Positions 10,395 through 19,213 of a stretch of DNA of 64,000 bases are shown here, piece after piece. A model generated the notes under the pieces. It did no database searches. It worked only from the letters and a program-made list of their open reading frames with translations, and was not told the DNA's origin. The stretch spans positions 62,001 through 126,000 of IMG/VR virus record IMGVR_UViG_3300042336_000327; one strand, given 5' to 3'. The stretch is from an uncultured virus (IMG/VR IMGVR_UViG_3300042336_000327) (lineage: Duplodnaviria; Heunggongvirae; Uroviricota; Caudoviricetes). How positions within the stretch are numbered: the first letter of the stretch is position 1; every line of letters starts with the position of its first letter. The position numbers and the translations under genes were made by a program.

Positions 10395-10805
10395 ATGTTT
10401 TCCCAAGAATCAAAATTAGCGGTTCTTGAATCTAAACTCGGTATTTATGAAGACTTATCCCGCGAAATGCTTGCCAAATTAGAGGCAGCGGTAGATAAAA
10501 TATCAGAAGGCAATTCACGTATTGCTACAATCCTTGCGAAGCACGATGAGAGAATTGAGCAAAGTATGAAAAACGATGCACTTCTTGTTAAAATGATTGA
10601 TGAAATGAAAGAAGATAATGATAAAGAACACAAAGAAATTTCAGATAGATTTGAAAAATTAGAAAGTAAAATAGAAGAATTATCTAAGTTTAAGTGGCAA
10701 ATTGCTGGAATTTCTGCCCTAGCAATCTTTTTAGTTGGTGTTATTCCAACCATTAAAACCTTGACCCCTGCCCCTGCTCCTGCTACAATAGAAAGTACGA
10801 AGTAA
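10395..10805 (+). CDS. Coiled-coil protein with C-terminal hydrophobic anchor
   Basis: Heptad-like charged region followed by IAGISALAIFLVGVI. Confidence 0.65.
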   Translation: MFSQESKLAVLESKLGIYEDLSREMLAKLEAAVDKISEGNSRIATILAKHDERIEQSMKNDALLVKMIDEMKEDNDKEHKEISDRFEKLESKIEELSKFKWQIAGISALAIFLVGVIPTIKTLTPAPAPATIESTK

Positions 10806-10817
10806 AGCACCTTTATA

Positions 10818-11789
10818 ATGGATTTGATTGACTCCAAGTACATTGGACTCGTTTCGTCACGCTTACAAAAGTTTAAGAGAGTCAAGGCAGATCTCTACAA
10901 CTTCCGCTGCCCACTGTGTGGCGACTCTCAAAAGAACAAAAATAAAACACGAGGATATATCTATCCCGTAAAGAATAACACAAACTTTAAGTGCCATAAC
11001 TGCGGAGCAAGTTTATCCTTTAATAACTTTCTCAAAGAGTTAGACCCTACACTTCATAAGCAATATACTCTTGAGAAGTTTAAAGAAGGACATACTGGTA
11101 GAAACTTTGTGGTTGAGGAACCCAAGTTTGAGTTTGCGAAACCAGTCTTCAAAAAGAAACTTGATTTACCCAAAGCATCAGAGAATCCTATTGCCAGAGA
11201 ATATCTGGAAAAAAGGAAACTCAATCCTGAAAAGTTTTATTTTGCTGACAAATTTAAGGAGTGGACGAACACTCAAAAAGTTACGTTTGACACTATCGGT
11301 AGGGATGAGAGTCGCATTATTATACCAATGTATGATACAGACTCCAACTTGATAGGTTTTCAGGGAAGAGCACTAGGTCCTAACCCTGTTAAATATATTA
11401 CTGTGATGCTTTCTGATGATTCGCCCAAACTTTATGGACTGGACCAAGTGGATTCTTCGGAACCCATTTACATTGTTGAGGGACCCTTCGACTCCACGTT
11501 TGTCAAAAATGCTGTTGCTATGTGTGGGTCCGACGTTGATATTAGGTCGTTTAATTGGAGCGATTATATTTACGTTTTTGATAACGAACCACGTAATCGA
11601 GAAATCGTCAACCGAATATCAAAAACCATCGACAGAGGCGACAAGGTGATTATTTGGCCAACATCAATCCAGCAAAAAGATATTAATGATATGGTTTTAG
11701 CTGGACTTAACGTTATGGATGTGTTAAAATCAAATACATACACAGGTCTAGAAGCAAAAATTAAGTTTAACAACTGGAAGAAAATATGA
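10818..11789 (+). CDS. gp61: DNA primase (gp61)
   Basis: Zn finger CPLCGD...CHNC, GFQGR, TOPRIM VEGPFDS, FDNE, KDIND. Confidence 0.96.
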   Translation: MDLIDSKYIGLVSSRLQKFKRVKADLYNFRCPLCGDSQKNKNKTRGYIYPVKNNTNFKCHNCGASLSFNNFLKELDPTLHKQYTLEKFKEGHTGRNFVVEEPKFEFAKPVFKKKLDLPKASENPIAREYLEKRKLNPEKFYFADKFKEWTNTQKVTFDTIGRDESRIIIPMYDTDSNLIGFQGRALGPNPVKYITVMLSDDSPKLYGLDQVDSSEPIYIVEGPFDSTFVKNAVAMCGSDVDIRSFNWSDYIYVFDNEPRNREIVNRISKTIDRGDKVIIWPTSIQQKDINDMVLAGLNVMDVLKSNTYTGLEAKIKFNNWKKI

Positions 11790-14083
11790 GCAACGGAACG
11801 AAAGTCGTTAAGAGAAATGGTAAAACTGAACCACTTGATTTAAATAAACTCCACGTTATGGTGGAAGAAGCCTGCAAAGACCTAGCAGGTGTATCAGCAT
11901 CTCAGGTAGAGATGCAATCAGGCATTCAATTCTATGATGGTATCACTACCGCAGAGATTCAGGAGATTCTGATTCGTTCTGCTTCTGACCTGATTGATCT
12001 GGATCATCCCAACTATCAATTCGTTGCTGCTCGCCTGCTTCTGTTCGCCCTCCGTAAGCAGTTGTTTGGTCGTATGCATGAATGCCCCACAGTTAAGCAG
12101 CACGTCCTTCGTGCCGTTGGTAGAGGTGTCTATGACCCAGAAATTCTTACCCTATACTCTGATGATGAGTTTGATAAACTTCAGTCGTTTATTGATCATA
12201 GTCGTGACTATCTGTTCACTTATGCAGGTCTACGTCAAGTCGTTGATAAGTACCTCGTGCAGGACAGAAGTTCTAACGAACTTTATGAGACGCCACAGTT
12301 TATGTACCTTTTGATTGCGGCGACAATCTTTTCCAAGTATCCTAAAGAAACACGTTTAGATTACGTTAGGAAGTACTACGATGCAATCTCCAAGCACAAA
12401 ATCAACATTCCCACACCTATCATGGCGGGAGTGCGAACTCCACTTCGACAATATGCTAGCTGTGTTCTTGTTGATGTTGATGACACCCTCGATAGCATCT
12501 TTAGTTCTGATATGGCTATCGGCAGATATGTTGCACAAAGGGCGGGTATCGGCATCAACGCGGGTCGCATCCGTGGCATCAACAGCAAAATCAGAGGCGG
12601 AGAAGTTCAGCACACAGGTGTTGTCCCTTTCCTCAAAAAGTTTGAAGCAACTGTCCGATGCTGCACTCAAAATGGCATCAGAGGTGGATCAGCAACTGTC
12701 CATTTTCCAATCTGGCACCAAGAAATAGAAGATATTCTAGTATTGAAAAATAATAAAGGAACCGAAGATAATCGTGTTCGTAAGTTAGACTATAGTATCC
12801 AAATCTCCAAACTGTTCTATGAACGCTTCATCCGCAACGAAGAGATTTCTCTCTTCTCTCCCCACGCCGTTCCTGGCTTGTATGATGCTTTTGGTACTGA
12901 TGGATTTGACGAGTTGTATGTTCGTTATGAACGAGATGAGTCTATTCCAAGAAAAACTATCGGAGCTCAAGAACTCTTTTTGGACCTCCTGAAAGAGAGA
13001 GCAGAAACAGGTCGTTTGTACATTATGAACATTGACCACTGTAACTCTCACTCATCCTTTATGGATAAGGTTGAGATGAGCAATCTGTGCCAGGAAATTA
13101 CTCTACCTACCAAACCAATTCAACATATTGATGACCCAAATGGTGAGATTGCTCTATGCATACTTTCTGCTATTAATGTTGGAAAAATTCGGGATAACGA
13201 GGATCTTGAAGTGCTTTGCGATCTTGCTGTTCGCTCTCTTGATGAACTTATTGATTTTCAAGGATACCCCGTCAATGCAGCAGAAATCGCCACCAGGGCA
13301 CGTCGTTCGCTTGGGGTAGGGTTTATTGGTCTGGCACACTATCTCGCCAAGCACGGCGAGCATTACGACGATCCTGGTGCTTGGAGACTGGTACATGAAC
13401 TTACCGAAGCATTTCAGTATTACCTAATTCAGGCAACTGTTAATCTTTCGAAAGAAAAAGGTGCTTGTGAGTATAGCAGCCGAACAAAATATGGCAATGG
13501 CATTCTCCCGATTGATACATACAAGAAGGACGTTGATGAAATTGTACCTAACGAATTGAAGTATGATTGGGAGCATCTTAGAGAGCAGGTACTCAAATAC
13601 GGGGTACGGAACTCAACATTGTCCGCACAGATGCCATCGGAGAGCAGTTCCGTTGTGTCAAATGCAACCAACGGAATCGAACCACCTCGCGGATACTTGT
13701 CCGTTAAGAAGTCGAAGAAGGGACCACTCAAGCAGATTGTTCCCCAGTATCAAACACTTAAGAACAACTATACGCTGCTGTGGGATATGCCTAGCAATCG
13801 CGGGTATATTCATATTGTTGCTGTTATGCAAAAATTCTTCGATCAAGCGATTTCTGGAAACTGGTCCTATAATCCAGAAAATTACCCAGATAATGAAGTT
13901 CCTACTTCAGTAATGGCACAGGACCTTCTAACTACATATAAGTACGGCTGGAAAACCAGTTACTATCAAAATACTTATGACCATAAGACTGATGAGGTTG
14001 AAGAAACCAAACAGTCTCTTGATAACTTAATTTCCGATATTCTAGACACGGAGGAGGAAGATTGTGAGTCTTGTAAGATTTAA
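11786..14083 (+). CDS. nrdA: Class Ia ribonucleotide reductase alpha subunit
   Basis: N-terminal ATP cone (VVKRNG), SCVL, SNLCQEI, KTSYY, C-terminal CESCKI. Confidence 0.98.
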   Translation: MSNGTKVVKRNGKTEPLDLNKLHVMVEEACKDLAGVSASQVEMQSGIQFYDGITTAEIQEILIRSASDLIDLDHPNYQFVAARLLLFALRKQLFGRMHECPTVKQHVLRAVGRGVYDPEILTLYSDDEFDKLQSFIDHSRDYLFTYAGLRQVVDKYLVQDRSSNELYETPQFMYLLIAATIFSKYPKETRLDYVRKYYDAISKHKINIPTPIMAGVRTPLRQYASCVLVDVDDTLDSIFSSDMAIGRYVAQRAGIGINAGRIRGINSKIRGGEVQHTGVVPFLKKFEATVRCCTQNGIRGGSATVHFPIWHQEIEDILVLKNNKGTEDNRVRKLDYSIQISKLFYERFIRNEEISLFSPHAVPGLYDAFGTDGFDELYVRYERDESIPRKTIGAQELFLDLLKERAETGRLYIMNIDHCNSHSSFMDKVEMSNLCQEITLPTKPIQHIDDPNGEIALCILSAINVGKIRDNEDLEVLCDLAVRSLDELIDFQGYPVNAAEIATRARRSLGVGFIGLAHYLAKHGEHYDDPGAWRLVHELTEAFQYYLIQATVNLSKEKGACEYSSRTKYGNGILPIDTYKKDVDEIVPNELKYDWEHLREQVLKYGVRNSTLSAQMPSESSSVVSNATNGIEPPRGYLSVKKSKKGPLKQIVPQYQTLKNNYTLLWDMPSNRGYIHIVAVMQKFFDQAISGNWSYNPENYPDNEVPTSVMAQDLLTTYKYGWKTSYYQNTYDHKTDEVEETKQSLDNLISDILDTEEEDCESCKI

Positions 14084-15248
14084 AACAGGTTTGGAGGAAA
14101 AATCAATGGTCGAATCAATGACCGTTTTTAATCCTCAGGAAGTAGATACCAAAAAGCAACCTATGTTTTTTGGACAACCACTGGGAATACAGAGATATGA
14201 TTCTTACAAATACCCAATCTTCGATAAACTAACCACACAGCAACTGGGTTACTTCTGGAGACCCGAAGAGGTTTCTCTTCAAAAAGATCGTAGCGACTAT
14301 CATATGCTACGCCCAGAGCAAAAGCATATCTTCACCAGCAACCTGAAGTATCAGGTGATGCTGGACTCAGTTCAGGGTAGGGGTCCTGGTATGGCATTTG
14401 CTCCATACTGCTCCCTTCCTGAACTGGAAGCGTGTATGAAGGTTTGGGAGTTTATGGAGATGATCCACTCCCGTTCATACACTTATATCATCAAGAATGT
14501 TTATTCGGACCCATCTGAAGTTTTTGATACGATTCTGAAAGAGGATCGTATTATGGAACGTGCCGTGAGTGTCACTCAGGCATATAACGATTTCATCAAC
14601 AGTGCCCAGCATTATGGTTCAACTAATGAATGGATTCATGCGTTAGAACAAGTACCATACGCACAAGAGGCAAGGTATGAACTCAAGAGAAAACTATTCA
14701 GAGCAGTTGCAAACGTTAATATTCTTGAAGGTATTCGCTTTTACGTCAGCTTCGCTTGTAGTTTTGCGTTTGGCGAACTCAAGCTTATGGAAGGAAGTGC
14801 AAAAATCATCTCACTGATTGCCCGTGATGAGAACCAACATTTGGTTATCACTCAGAATATTCTGAACAAATGGAAAGAGGGTGATGACCCTGAGATGGCA
14901 CGTATCTCCAAAGAAGAAGAGCAATGGTTTTACAAGACCTTTGAGAATGCTGTCAATCAAGAAAAACTTTGGGCAGAGTATCTGTTCAAGGATGGTTCTA
15001 TGATTGGTTTAAATGATAAACTTCTTCAGCAATATGTCGAGTGGATTGCCAATCGTAGAATGAAGGCAATTGGACTCAAACCACTTTATGATATTCCTGC
15101 GAAAAATAATCCACTTCCTTGGACTGAGCATTGGATCAGTTCTAAAGGTCTTCAAGTGGCGCCACAGCAAACGCAAGTGCAGTCATATATTGTTGGTGGT
15201 ATTAAGCAGGATGTTACCAAAGACTCTTTTGCTGGGTTCCAGTTGTGA
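14064..15248 (+). CDS. nrdB: Class Ia ribonucleotide reductase beta subunit with atypical Gln-rich tail
   Basis: FWRPEE, LDS, EMIHSRSY, LEGIRFY, RDENQH; tail reads APQQTQVQSY. GTG start after GGAGG. Confidence 0.97.
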   Translation: MSLVRFKTGLEEKSMVESMTVFNPQEVDTKKQPMFFGQPLGIQRYDSYKYPIFDKLTTQQLGYFWRPEEVSLQKDRSDYHMLRPEQKHIFTSNLKYQVMLDSVQGRGPGMAFAPYCSLPELEACMKVWEFMEMIHSRSYTYIIKNVYSDPSEVFDTILKEDRIMERAVSVTQAYNDFINSAQHYGSTNEWIHALEQVPYAQEARYELKRKLFRAVANVNILEGIRFYVSFACSFAFGELKLMEGSAKIISLIARDENQHLVITQNILNKWKEGDDPEMARISKEEEQWFYKTFENAVNQEKLWAEYLFKDGSMIGLNDKLLQQYVEWIANRRMKAIGLKPLYDIPAKNNPLPWTEHWISSKGLQVAPQQTQVQSYIVGGIKQDVTKDSFAGFQL

Positions 15249-15307
15249 TTGACATTAAGACTGAAATAGTGTATTATATAAATAATAATAGGTAAGTTCA
15301 GTCTTAA
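15249..15307 (+). promoter_or_regulatory. Sigma70 promoter (TTGACA-17-TATTAT), late promoter TATAAATA and an 11-bp inverted repeat next to the endonuclease start
   Basis: TTGACA 15249-54, TATTAT 15272-77, TATAAATA 15277-84; TTAAGACTGAA 15255-65 / TTCAGTCTTAA 15297-307. Confidence 0.8.
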
Positions 15308-15308
15308 A

Positions 15309-15923
15309 ATGAATAATTATATTCTTTACTACTACTTAAGGGAGGACTTTGGTTCTCCCTTTTATGTGGGATATGGGAAACCAAGAAGAATACACGCAAA
15401 ACATTTGAGAAGTAATGGTGCAAATCTATTACCACCAAGAGAAAGAAGATGGGTTGTAAAATCTGGTCTTACTAAAGAAGAAGCAATAGAGTTAGAAATA
15501 AAACACATAGCACTTTGGAAAAGAGAGTGTGATGGTGGTGTATTATTAAATCAAAATCTTGGTGGTGAAGGAAAACCTGGAGGACAAAAAACAATAGGTT
15601 TTGGTGGCAGAAAACACACCGAAGAAGCAAAGAAAAAAATAAGCGAAAAGGTTGCTGGTAAAAATAATCCAAGATATGGTGTTAAACTTTCACAAGAAAC
15701 AAGAAATAAAATAAGTCAAAATAGAGCACCAAAATTTGGAAAAGATAATCCAAACTCTAAAACTTGGAAAATCACTTCTCCAGAAAATAAAGAATATATT
15801 ATTGTTGGTGGATTAAAGAAATTTTGTAAATCTCAAAGTATTTCTTATGCAACAATGAATGCAGCAATACTTTATGACAGAAAAGGACCGAGAAAAAATG
15901 GATGGTCAATTGAGAAAATTTAG
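15309..15923 (+). mobile_element. Free-standing GIY-YIG homing endonuclease (Seg-like, NUMOD3 motif)
   Basis: LYYY...FYVG, R, E (AIELE), N (LLN) catalytic pattern; GRKHTEEAKKKISE NUMOD3-like helix. Confidence 0.85.
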
Positions 15924-16311
15924 AGTATCACTACCTGAAGATGAGTGTGTGATGAAACTTCAGGAGTATTGTAAGTTTTCTTCTACTTTACTGAAGATCC
16001 CTGTTATTAAAAAACCATTATGTATTGATGCAAACTGCCACAATAATGTAAATCATTATGTGAATACTTATGGCGGAGAAAAGATAAGTGGATACTATTT
16101 GATTACAGATACTGAAGATGAAACTTATGGATGTGCAATATATCATAGTATCTGGAAAAATACTTATGGAGATCTAGTTGATATAACTCCATTTGAGGAT
16201 GGTAGAGAATATAATATGTTTTCCGTTATGAATACTACAGAATATTACTCTGGGGTTGCATATGATGGAAAAAGATATAAATTATTAGAACCAGGACTTA
16301 ACATAATCTAA
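15898..16311 (+). CDS. Transglutaminase/papain-like Cys-His-Asp protein (putative deamidase)
   Basis: NCHNNV (Cys codon 16036), YHSIW, LVDITP. Start uncertain (ATG 15898 or TTG 15910); overlaps the endonuclease 3' end. Confidence 0.6.
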   Translation: MDGQLRKFRVSLPEDECVMKLQEYCKFSSTLLKIPVIKKPLCIDANCHNNVNHYVNTYGGEKISGYYLITDTEDETYGCAIYHSIWKNTYGDLVDITPFEDGREYNMFSVMNTTEYYSGVAYDGKRYKLLEPGLNII

Positions 16312-16472
16312 TGTTACCAAAGATACTTTCTCAGGATTCCAACTATGATGAATGGTGCGAACAGGAAATCCTGAACGCATATCAGGAAGCGGCAGAGTGC
16401 GATGAGTTTCTTTTTGGAGATTATGATTATTCCAAAGAATGGTTGGGTAAATGCAATGACGATGTGAAATGA
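16311..16472 (+). CDS. Small acidic 53-aa protein (MLPKILSQDSNYDEWCEQE...) whose 5' end is a relic copy of the nrdB 3' end
   Basis: Translated by hand; an alternative frame reads VTKDTFSGFQL*; terminator follows. Confidence 0.65.
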   Translation: MLPKILSQDSNYDEWCEQEILNAYQEAAECDEFLFGDYDYSKEWLGKCNDDVK

Positions 16473-16495
16473 GGGTCTTCGGACCCTCTTTTTTT
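16471..16495 (+). terminator. Intrinsic terminator GAGGGTC-TTCG-GACCCTC-T-run, abutting late promoter TATAAATA (16495-16502)
   Basis: Perfect stem with UUCG loop. Confidence 0.88.
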
Positions 16496-16530
16496 ATAAA
16501 TAAAATTATAGAAAAATCATAAAAGAAAAG

Positions 16531-17841
16531 ATGTCTAGACTTACAGGTAATGAAGTTGCAAATATGATGGAAGCATATAGTGCTGTCTATGCTCCTCAAC
16601 AAGAAGAAGTTGTAGAAAATGTTGAGAAGATCGATGAAAAAATGGATGTATTTTCTACACCTGCTATGAAATCTGCACAACAACAATCTGCCACTCAACT
16701 TTTGACAGGTAAAAAACCACCAGCTAAACCAGATTATCTTAAACCAGCTGTAACTGCAGGAGCAGCAAAGTTCTTCACTAAACCAGGTGCTGAAACTGAT
16801 AAATCTTGGGAAGTCGCTAGACAAAAAGCTGGTGTATCAAAACCTACACGTCCAGCAGGTTCAGGTAATCCTCCAGCAGGTTCAGGTAATCCTCCAGCAG
16901 GTTCAGGGAATCCACCAGCAGGCACTAAAACCGCTCCTGCTGCCTCTTCAGTCGTTCTTGCCAAGCAAGGTGGTGTAGAAGGTAAATTAGATAAGGCAAC
17001 TGGTAAATTCACTGCAGGTGCCTTTACAGGTGCTGAGAAAGAGCGTTATGTTGCTCGTGGTGGTAGTGCTGCTCCTTCTGCACCAAAACCAGCGGCACCA
17101 GCACAACCAAAGATTAAACAAGATGTCGCTGATATTAAAGCAATGCAAACGGCTTCTCAGATGAGACAGGCAGGTGCAAATGTTACATCAGACCAATTAA
17201 AGACACCACCATCAACCGCTGTTAATACATCACAAGCGACCGCAGCAGCATCTAATCTTAAAGCACCAGACCCCGCCACAAAATTCTCACAGGGAACTGC
17301 TGCAACCCCTAAACCAGTAGAGAATAAACCAACAACAGGTTTTGATCTTGCTAAAAAGGGTGTAAATCTTCAATCCCAATCCTTTGATATATTTGATATC
17401 ATCAAGGGTCATCTTCTTGATGAGGGTTATGCCGAAACTGAAAAAGCAGCTCTTGCTATTATGGCAAATATGGGTGAAGGGTGGAAAAAAGAAATTCTTG
17501 ATGAGATTGCACCTGCATTACTTGCTGGAGGTGTGCTTGCTAGTGGTGCTTTAGCGGCTATGGCAGCAAAAAATAAAATTGACAGAAGCAATGCTGCCAG
17601 AGCAAATACTAATCCATTTGCAAATCAACAAACTAAACCACTTCCTAGCACTCCTTCACCATTTGCTAAACCAGCAAGTAAGGATGACAGTGGTAGATTA
17701 ACAACCTATGGTGCTGGCGGCGGTGCTGCAGCAGAAAAAACAGGTCAAACTCGTGCCCAAGTTATGCAGCAAGGTGGTAAGAATCTTGAAAATAAAAACA
17801 AAATCAAACCAGTAAATCAAGGAACAGATTTCGGTCGTTGA
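16531..17841 (+). CDS. A/P/K-rich low-complexity late protein (putative head-internal protein)
   Basis: Late promoter upstream; DIFDIIKGHLLDEGYA...ILDE segment; PAGSGNP repeats. Confidence 0.6.
   Translation: MSRLTGNEVANMMEAYSAVYAPQQEEVVENVEKIDEKMDVFSTPAMKSAQQQSATQLLTGKKPPAKPDYLKPAVTAGAAKFFTKPGAETDKSWEVARQKAGVSKPTRPAGSGNPPAGSGNPPAGSGNPPAGTKTAPAASSVVLAKQGGVEGKLDKATGKFTAGAFTGAEKERYVARGGSAAPSAPKPAAPAQPKIKQDVADIKAMQTASQMRQAGANVTSDQLKTPPSTAVNTSQATAAASNLKAPDPATKFSQGTAATPKPVENKPTTGFDLAKKGVNLQSQSFDIFDIIKGHLLDEGYAETEKAALAIMANMGEGWKKEILDEIAPALLAGGVLASGALAAMAAKNKIDRSNAARANTNPFANQQTKPLPSTPSPFAKPASKDDSGRLTTYGAGGGAAAEKTGQTRAQVMQQGGKNLENKNKIKPVNQGTDFGR
16852..16922 (+). repeat. Coding tandem repeat of 21 bp (CCAGCAGGTTCAGGTAATCCT), about 3.4 copies
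   Basis: Read directly; encodes PAGSGNP three times. Confidence 0.9.
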
Positions 17842-17861
17842 TATAATCATAACATAATTCT

Positions 17862-17900
17862 AAGCACCTCTTGACAGGGGTGCTTTTTTATTGCTAGAAT
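17862..17900 (+). terminator. Terminator hairpin with TTGACA as its loop, plus downstream TGnTAGAAT (-10)
   Basis: AAGCACCTC-TTGACA-GGGGTGCTT-TTTT. Confidence 0.7.
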
Positions 17901-17948
17901 CGCTTTGCTAGGGTTGAAGATAAATAATAGCTCATAAAGATTCTTAGT

Positions 17949-18398
17949 ATGAGTTATGAAAACCCTTGGAGATTCAATGGGGAAATTTTTGAGTCTTCTG
18001 ATATTCAAGATAATTTTGGTTTCGTTTATCATATTCACTGTAATAAAACTGGTCGTAGTTATATTGGTAGAAAGTATTTCTGGTCTTTCCGCACACCAAG
18101 AGGAAAATCTAGAAAAGTTAAGTCAGAGTCCGATTGGAAAAGATATTACGGCTCCTGTCCTGAACTCAAAGCCGATATTGACATTTGGGGAAAAGCATCC
18201 TGCGACAGAAGAATACTTAGCCTCCATAAAACAAAAGGACAGTGTAACTACGAAGAAACAAAACAGCTTTTCCTAAATAATGTGTTGATCGAGTCTCTTG
18301 ACGATGGGAGTCCAGCGTATTACAATAGTAATATCCTAGGACGCTACATGCGAAAAGATTATGGAAATTTTGGAAAAGACTCTGAAACAATCACATGA
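17949..18398 (+). CDS. GIY-YIG family nuclease (conserved T4-like type)
   Basis: GFVY...YIGRK, W..YYGS, YEE, YYN motifs. Confidence 0.8.
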   Translation: MSYENPWRFNGEIFESSDIQDNFGFVYHIHCNKTGRSYIGRKYFWSFRTPRGKSRKVKSESDWKRYYGSCPELKADIDIWGKASCDRRILSLHKTKGQCNYEETKQLFLNNVLIESLDDGSPAYYNSNILGRYMRKDYGNFGKDSETIT

Positions 18399-18552
18399 TT
18401 GGGCAGTTGATCGTATTCATACTCTCTGTGAAGAAAACTGTTTTGAAAATGCCCATGCGATTCAATCTGAGTTTAGTGAATGGTTGAATCCGAATATTCC
18501 AGAGCATGATATTTTCTCATTAGAGTTCATAGGAGAGGAAGATGACACTTGA
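18361..18552 (+). CDS. Hypothetical acidic protein
   Basis: ORF overlapping both neighbours. Confidence 0.6.
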   Translation: MEILEKTLKQSHDWAVDRIHTLCEENCFENAHAIQSEFSEWLNPNIPEHDIFSLEFIGEEDDT

Positions 18553-19213
18553 CCTTCACAACTTTTTTAAGTTTTACGACGAAAAAAATTCAAATCACGT
18601 AGCAGCAGTACAATGGTTAGAGGATAACCTGCCTGCTGAGTTTTTAGACGATGCAGAAACTGATTGGATTGGTATTTTTAGAACAAAACCACCAACTCCA
18701 GCAGTTCTTGAAGTTCCATATTTTAACCAAGTAGATAACTACAGAGATGCACATAGAACGTGTAACTCTTCATCGTGTGCAATGTGCCTTGCTTTCCTCA
18801 AGCCAGGAAGCATCAAAGGTGATGATGAGTATGTCAAAAAAGTATTTGCGATTGGTGACACGACTGACCATGCGGTACAGACAAAAGTTCTGGCAGGTTA
18901 TGGAGTTAAGTCACACTTTAGCTATAATCTTTCTTTTGCTGACATTGATAAGAGTCTTGATGCTGGGAAACCTGTTGTTATTGGTATCCTGCACCGTGGT
19001 CCTTTATCTGCTCCTACTGGTGGGCACATGTGTGTAGTCATCGGTAAGACACCAGATGGTAAAGGATATTATGTCAATGATCCATATGGTTCTTGCAATG
19101 ACAATTACACTGGTCCAGTAACAAATGGTAAGAAGACCATTTACACTAAGGCAATGCTGAAGCACCGCTGGTGTCCAGGAGGGAACGATGGCTGGGGAAG
19201 AATCTTCGATTAA
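18542..19213 (+). CDS. Peptidase C39-like cysteine hydrolase with N-terminal domain shared with the lysozyme
   Basis: VPYFNQ...TCNSSSCAM, GHMCVVIG, VNDPYG. Confidence 0.8.
   Translation: MTLDLHNFFKFYDEKNSNHVAAVQWLEDNLPAEFLDDAETDWIGIFRTKPPTPAVLEVPYFNQVDNYRDAHRTCNSSSCAMCLAFLKPGSIKGDDEYVKKVFAIGDTTDHAVQTKVLAGYGVKSHFSYNLSFADIDKSLDAGKPVVIGILHRGPLSAPTGGHMCVVIGKTPDGKGYYVNDPYGSCNDNYTGPVTNGKKTIYTKAMLKHRWCPGGNDGWGRIFD

Noticed and set aside
11786..15248. Intron or intein in nrdA/nrdB
   Set aside because: Both ORFs are continuous and of normal length. The endonuclease lies after the nrdB stop. The relic downstream copy covers only the last 11 codons, so splicing could not restore the Glu residues.
14064..15248. 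nrdB as a pseudogene, or genome-wide Gln/Glu codon reassignment
   Set aside because: All other catalytic residues are intact, and conserved Glu and Gln positions elsewhere use standard codons.
17949..18398. Second GIY-YIG gene as a mobile homing endonuclease
   Set aside because: It has only the catalytic domain, with no DNA-binding repeats or insertion scars, so it is more like a resident nuclease.
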